The translations under genes were made by a program, and so were the position numbers. A stretch of 64,000 nucleotides of DNA. It comes from Squalus acanthias (lineage: Eukaryota). Below the pieces are notes generated by a model that saw nothing but the letters and a program-made list of their open reading frames with translations, had not been told where the DNA came from and did not search any database. Below are positions 60,621 to 64,000 of this stretch, one piece after another; position 1 is the stretch's first letter, and each line of letters starts with the position of its first letter. The stretch covers positions 24,988,001 through 25,052,000 of the forward strand of contig CM059432.1 in the NCBI GenBank assembly GCA_030390025.1. Reading direction: 5' to 3'.

Positions 60621-61490
60621 TATTGTTGACATGATATTGGTCTAAAGAACTAACCTGCATGGCTACGTAACAACAACCCACTTTTCTGGTGTTTAGTTTT
60701 GTTTGTGTGAACTGTCTCCAACACTCCATTTGGAATCCAGTAACTAAAAGGAGGTCAGGGCTATGATGGACTAGAGACGCAGTAGGAGGTGAATGGGCTT
60801 CTGTTATCCATACAGAACTTCATTAATCTTTGGGCTAGTTTAGTGTTCTGGTGATGTAAAATTTCCACAGTTAAGAAAAAGAGAGCCAGTATGTAAATGT
60901 GAAACTAAGTGAGGGTCAGGAAGAGATCCATTCTTCTAAGGGGAAAGGGTACATTTTGTTATATAAATAGGTTTTTTTTTTCTGACTAAGTACAATAACT
61001 AACCAAGGATCTGTTTCTTCCCCTCCTCCTAAAAGCTTTACCAACCTCCCTTTTAAAACACGCTAAAATAAATCAAAAGCCATGAAAGCCTGTCTTCAGC
61101 TATGCTGGTACTGTGTGCACTGACCTCTGGTGTGACTTAAGTGATAATTATAGACTGAAAAAGCATGTCAAATAGTTGTTTGTTCTGGTGAAGCTGTGTT
61201 TCAGAAAGCTATCAAGTGAGAATGGGAAGAAAAAAACATTTTATACACAAACATCAGAATCCCCATAGACAATAACAGGGTTGAAAACAAAGTAATAAAA
61301 CATAACTTGAACAGTTCGAATGATAAGCTTGCGCACTTACTGCTATCTCCACTGAATATTGTGTTTATTTAAGGTTACTTGACCTAAAAGTTGGGTTATA
61401 AACCAGTTTATGTTTTGTACAGAAATTTGACTTTCACTTTATTGAATAGCCCATGTTTTTTTTAAATCACCTATAAATTAGTAAGTTATT

Positions 61491-62225
61491 GGCCTGTATT
61501 TTCCGATGCCTACGGGTGTGTACGAGCTGTGTACACACCCGTAGGGACCTCGCAAGTGCCGGTTTCAGGCATGCGAAGCGCATGCGCTGAAAACCGGCAC
61601 TTCCGATCTGTCAAGAATCCTCTTGACAGATCGGACGCCTGCCCTAGAGAAGGGCCTCTGCGGGTGGAGAGTTCCGCTTTTTGGAGAACCTCCGCCCGCT
61701 GAAAACACTTAAATCTTACGCCTGGTAAAAGCAGGCGTAAGGCCTGCTTTTACCAGCATAAGAGTTTAAAAAAGTAAAAAAATAATTTTTTTCACTCATT
61801 TATAATGTAAAAATACTTTTAAAACAGGTAAGTTTATTTTTAGCCCCGTAAAAAACTTTAATTATTTTTTTCAAAAAATTAAATTTTTGTTTAAAATATT
61901 TAATTTAATGTAATTTTAACTCATTTTAAAAACGTGATTTAAAAAAAAATGTATTTAATGTTGTAGTGTCTTATTTCAGTGATCCCCATTGTCAAAAGTA
62001 TGAAGGGGGATTCCCTTCTCCCATTGGCTCGCCTGGCCCACGTGATCCCAGGGACGCTTGTGAACTGCCTGCGCGCCTGGGATACCTGGGCCTCTGCGTG
62101 CGCGCACCAGGAGAGGCCCAGGATCGGAAGAGTCCAGACCTCGGGAGCCCTCAGGTAAGGGCGTAGATTTTTTACCAACAGGAGGCATCCGCACGCAGGA
62201 TGCCTCCTATCGGAAATTACGACCC
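61491..62225. mobile_element. Harbinger-type hairpin-rich MITE (family C)
   Basis: TIRs GGCCTGTATTTTCCGAT and rc GGGTCGTAATTTCCGAT; TSD ATT/ATT. Confidence 0.8.
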
Positions 62226-62607
62226 ATTTCACAGGCATAGAAAGGTAAGATTTAAAAGGATCTTATTATATTGAAAAGTAGCTAACTAAACTTTTTATAA
62301 AGCAGATTCGAAGTGTATGACGCAGTGATATAATTCACACAAGGATGGTGTGATATCGATCAGACATTACAAGGTCACCCGTGACTGAAATCAGCTTTGT
62401 ATTCTCCTAATGTATTATTATGGTTCCTAATAACCCACCATCAAATGATAAAAGATTTACAACTCATTTTATTATAGTAAAACAACTTTATTAATTAAAA
62501 ACTCAATCTTGCAGACTGTCTAATTACATGTTTACTTAAATGCAGCATTGATGCTGTACTTAATGGCGCTAAGGGACTTTTTCCAAGTTCTTACTTAAAT
62601 TGATATA

Positions 62608-63370
62608 GGGCCAGAAGTTCGGCTCTCCGGCTTCCTGCGGGTGCAAGCATCGCGCGCGTACTTACCTATCGCGCCTGCCATTGTGCTTCGGGCCCACGAG
62701 GAATTCAGGTCCTGGGCCTCCTGCGGCTGCCGGCGCTCAGTGCTTGCGTATCCCAGGGGCGCAGTTAGTTCGAAGCGTCCCCTGGGATCACGTGGGCCAT
62801 GGAGAGCCAATCGTAGCAGGGAATTTTCATTCATAGATTTGACAGGAAGACCTGTCAAATCTATGAATAGAGACCGGCCCCAAAACCACACTAAAACTTC
62901 AAATAAATTTTTAAAAAACAATCACATTTTTAAAATAACTATAAATTACATAAATTAACTACTTTAAACAAAAATTAAAATTTTTGAAAAAATTAATTAA
63001 ACTTTTTGACGGTGCTAAAAATAAACTTACCTTTCTTTAAAGTATGTAAAAAAGATAAACCTGTTGAAAACATGCTTAAATTGTACTTAATTAACCACTT
63101 ACCTTGTTAAAAACAGGCCTTGCGCCTCCTTTTTAAATGTGCAGCTTCTCCATACTTACCCTCACGGAGAAACCTGAAAAAAAAAGAAGTTCGCTACGTG
63201 CGCGCTGCCTCTCCCGCGAACGCGTTCGACTTCTGAACCCCTTCCTTCAGGGGAACGGAAGTTCCGGTTTCCCGCGCATGCGCAGTGCATGTGTGAAACC
63301 GGCACTTCAGGTGGCCTTACGGGTGAGTACACATTGCGTACTCACCCGACAAGAGCCGAATTTCTGGCCC
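62608..63370. mobile_element. Harbinger-type hairpin-rich MITE (family C, opposite orientation)
   Basis: TIRs GGGCCAGAAGTTCGGCTCT and rc GGGCCAGAAATTCGGCTCT (18/19); TSD ATA/ATA. Confidence 0.9.
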
Positions 63371-64000
63371 ATAATTACAATCAGGACGCTTGCAACGTGT
63401 GGTTACTCTATCATCGTCCGTAACATGTAAACTATTCATTCTTTAAAATTCACATGGTAGCATGACAAAATGCGCTATGTTACAGAGCAGCATTGGCTGA
63501 TAACTGGAACTGAGTTGCCAACATCCATGACTCCTGCATCTTGCAGATGTTCTTGCATGCAGTTTAAGCAGGAAGATCAAATACAGATTTCTACTTGTTT
63601 AAATTTCCTGCATGAATCGCAAGCATAGAATAATATAATTTCCACTAGTCCCATGAGCGAATCTCAAATATCGACAAGACAATGTAGGAGAGCGTGTATG
63701 TAATAGGTTAGCAGCCTGGTATAGTTAAAGAGCATCATGGGTTAATTAGTCTAGGGAGCTACAGTGAGAGCTGAGAGAGTGAGAGAGAGGATATGCAGTA
63801 CAGCGTGTATGCTGGCAGGGAGATTCAGGCCGACCTTCAAGTCGGAGACATCTCTGTGCAAAGCAGACAGCTTGAGCAAGCTAAGGTATGGAAGCAAAAC
63901 CGAAGGCAACTAGCCACAATACTGGCTAAACCTAGTTATAGATAAGTAGGGTGCTTAACTTAGATGGAACTTATAGATCACATAACTTTGATAGTGAAAG

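Larger units (their letters stand above)
58309..60645. mobile_element. Decayed autonomous-type PIF/Harbinger transposon with convergent Myb and transposase genes
   Basis: Terminus-like agccctgaaattcc at 58309; Myb remnant on +, transposase remnant on -; younger insertions between them. Confidence 0.65.

Noticed and set aside
63740..64000. Possible CR1 ORF1 zinc-finger/coiled-coil remnant
   Set aside because: Too degenerate and cut by the window edge to support.

Overview
Vertebrate, almost certainly shark/ray (elasmobranch), non-coding genomic DNA: AT-rich and dominated by transposable-element relics. No intact host protein-coding gene is recognisable; there is one weak candidate terminal exon near 55.1 kb. 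The window holds two near-complete but disabled CR1 LINE ORF2 copies (24.5-27.6 kb and 48.9-52.3 kb), many CR1, L2 and Crack-like LINE fragments, and five SINE types (SacSINE1/Deu, HE1/V, Meta-like, LF-SINE-like, AmnSINE2-like). It also holds Penelope-like fragments with hammerhead ribozyme cores, a 1.28-kb solo-LTR-like insertion, a Tigger/pogo-type MITE, decayed PIF/Harbinger Myb and transposase genes, and about ten Harbinger-type MITEs. The most unusual observations are: MITEs built from strings of internal hairpins; a TSD-flanked Penelope/MITE chimera with mirror-image junctions; two independent CR1 copies truncated at essentially the same 5' position; three locally templated duplications; and one ancient SINE expanded to about 6.7 kb by nested insertions. 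Repeat family names come from recalled consensus motifs, not from database searches.
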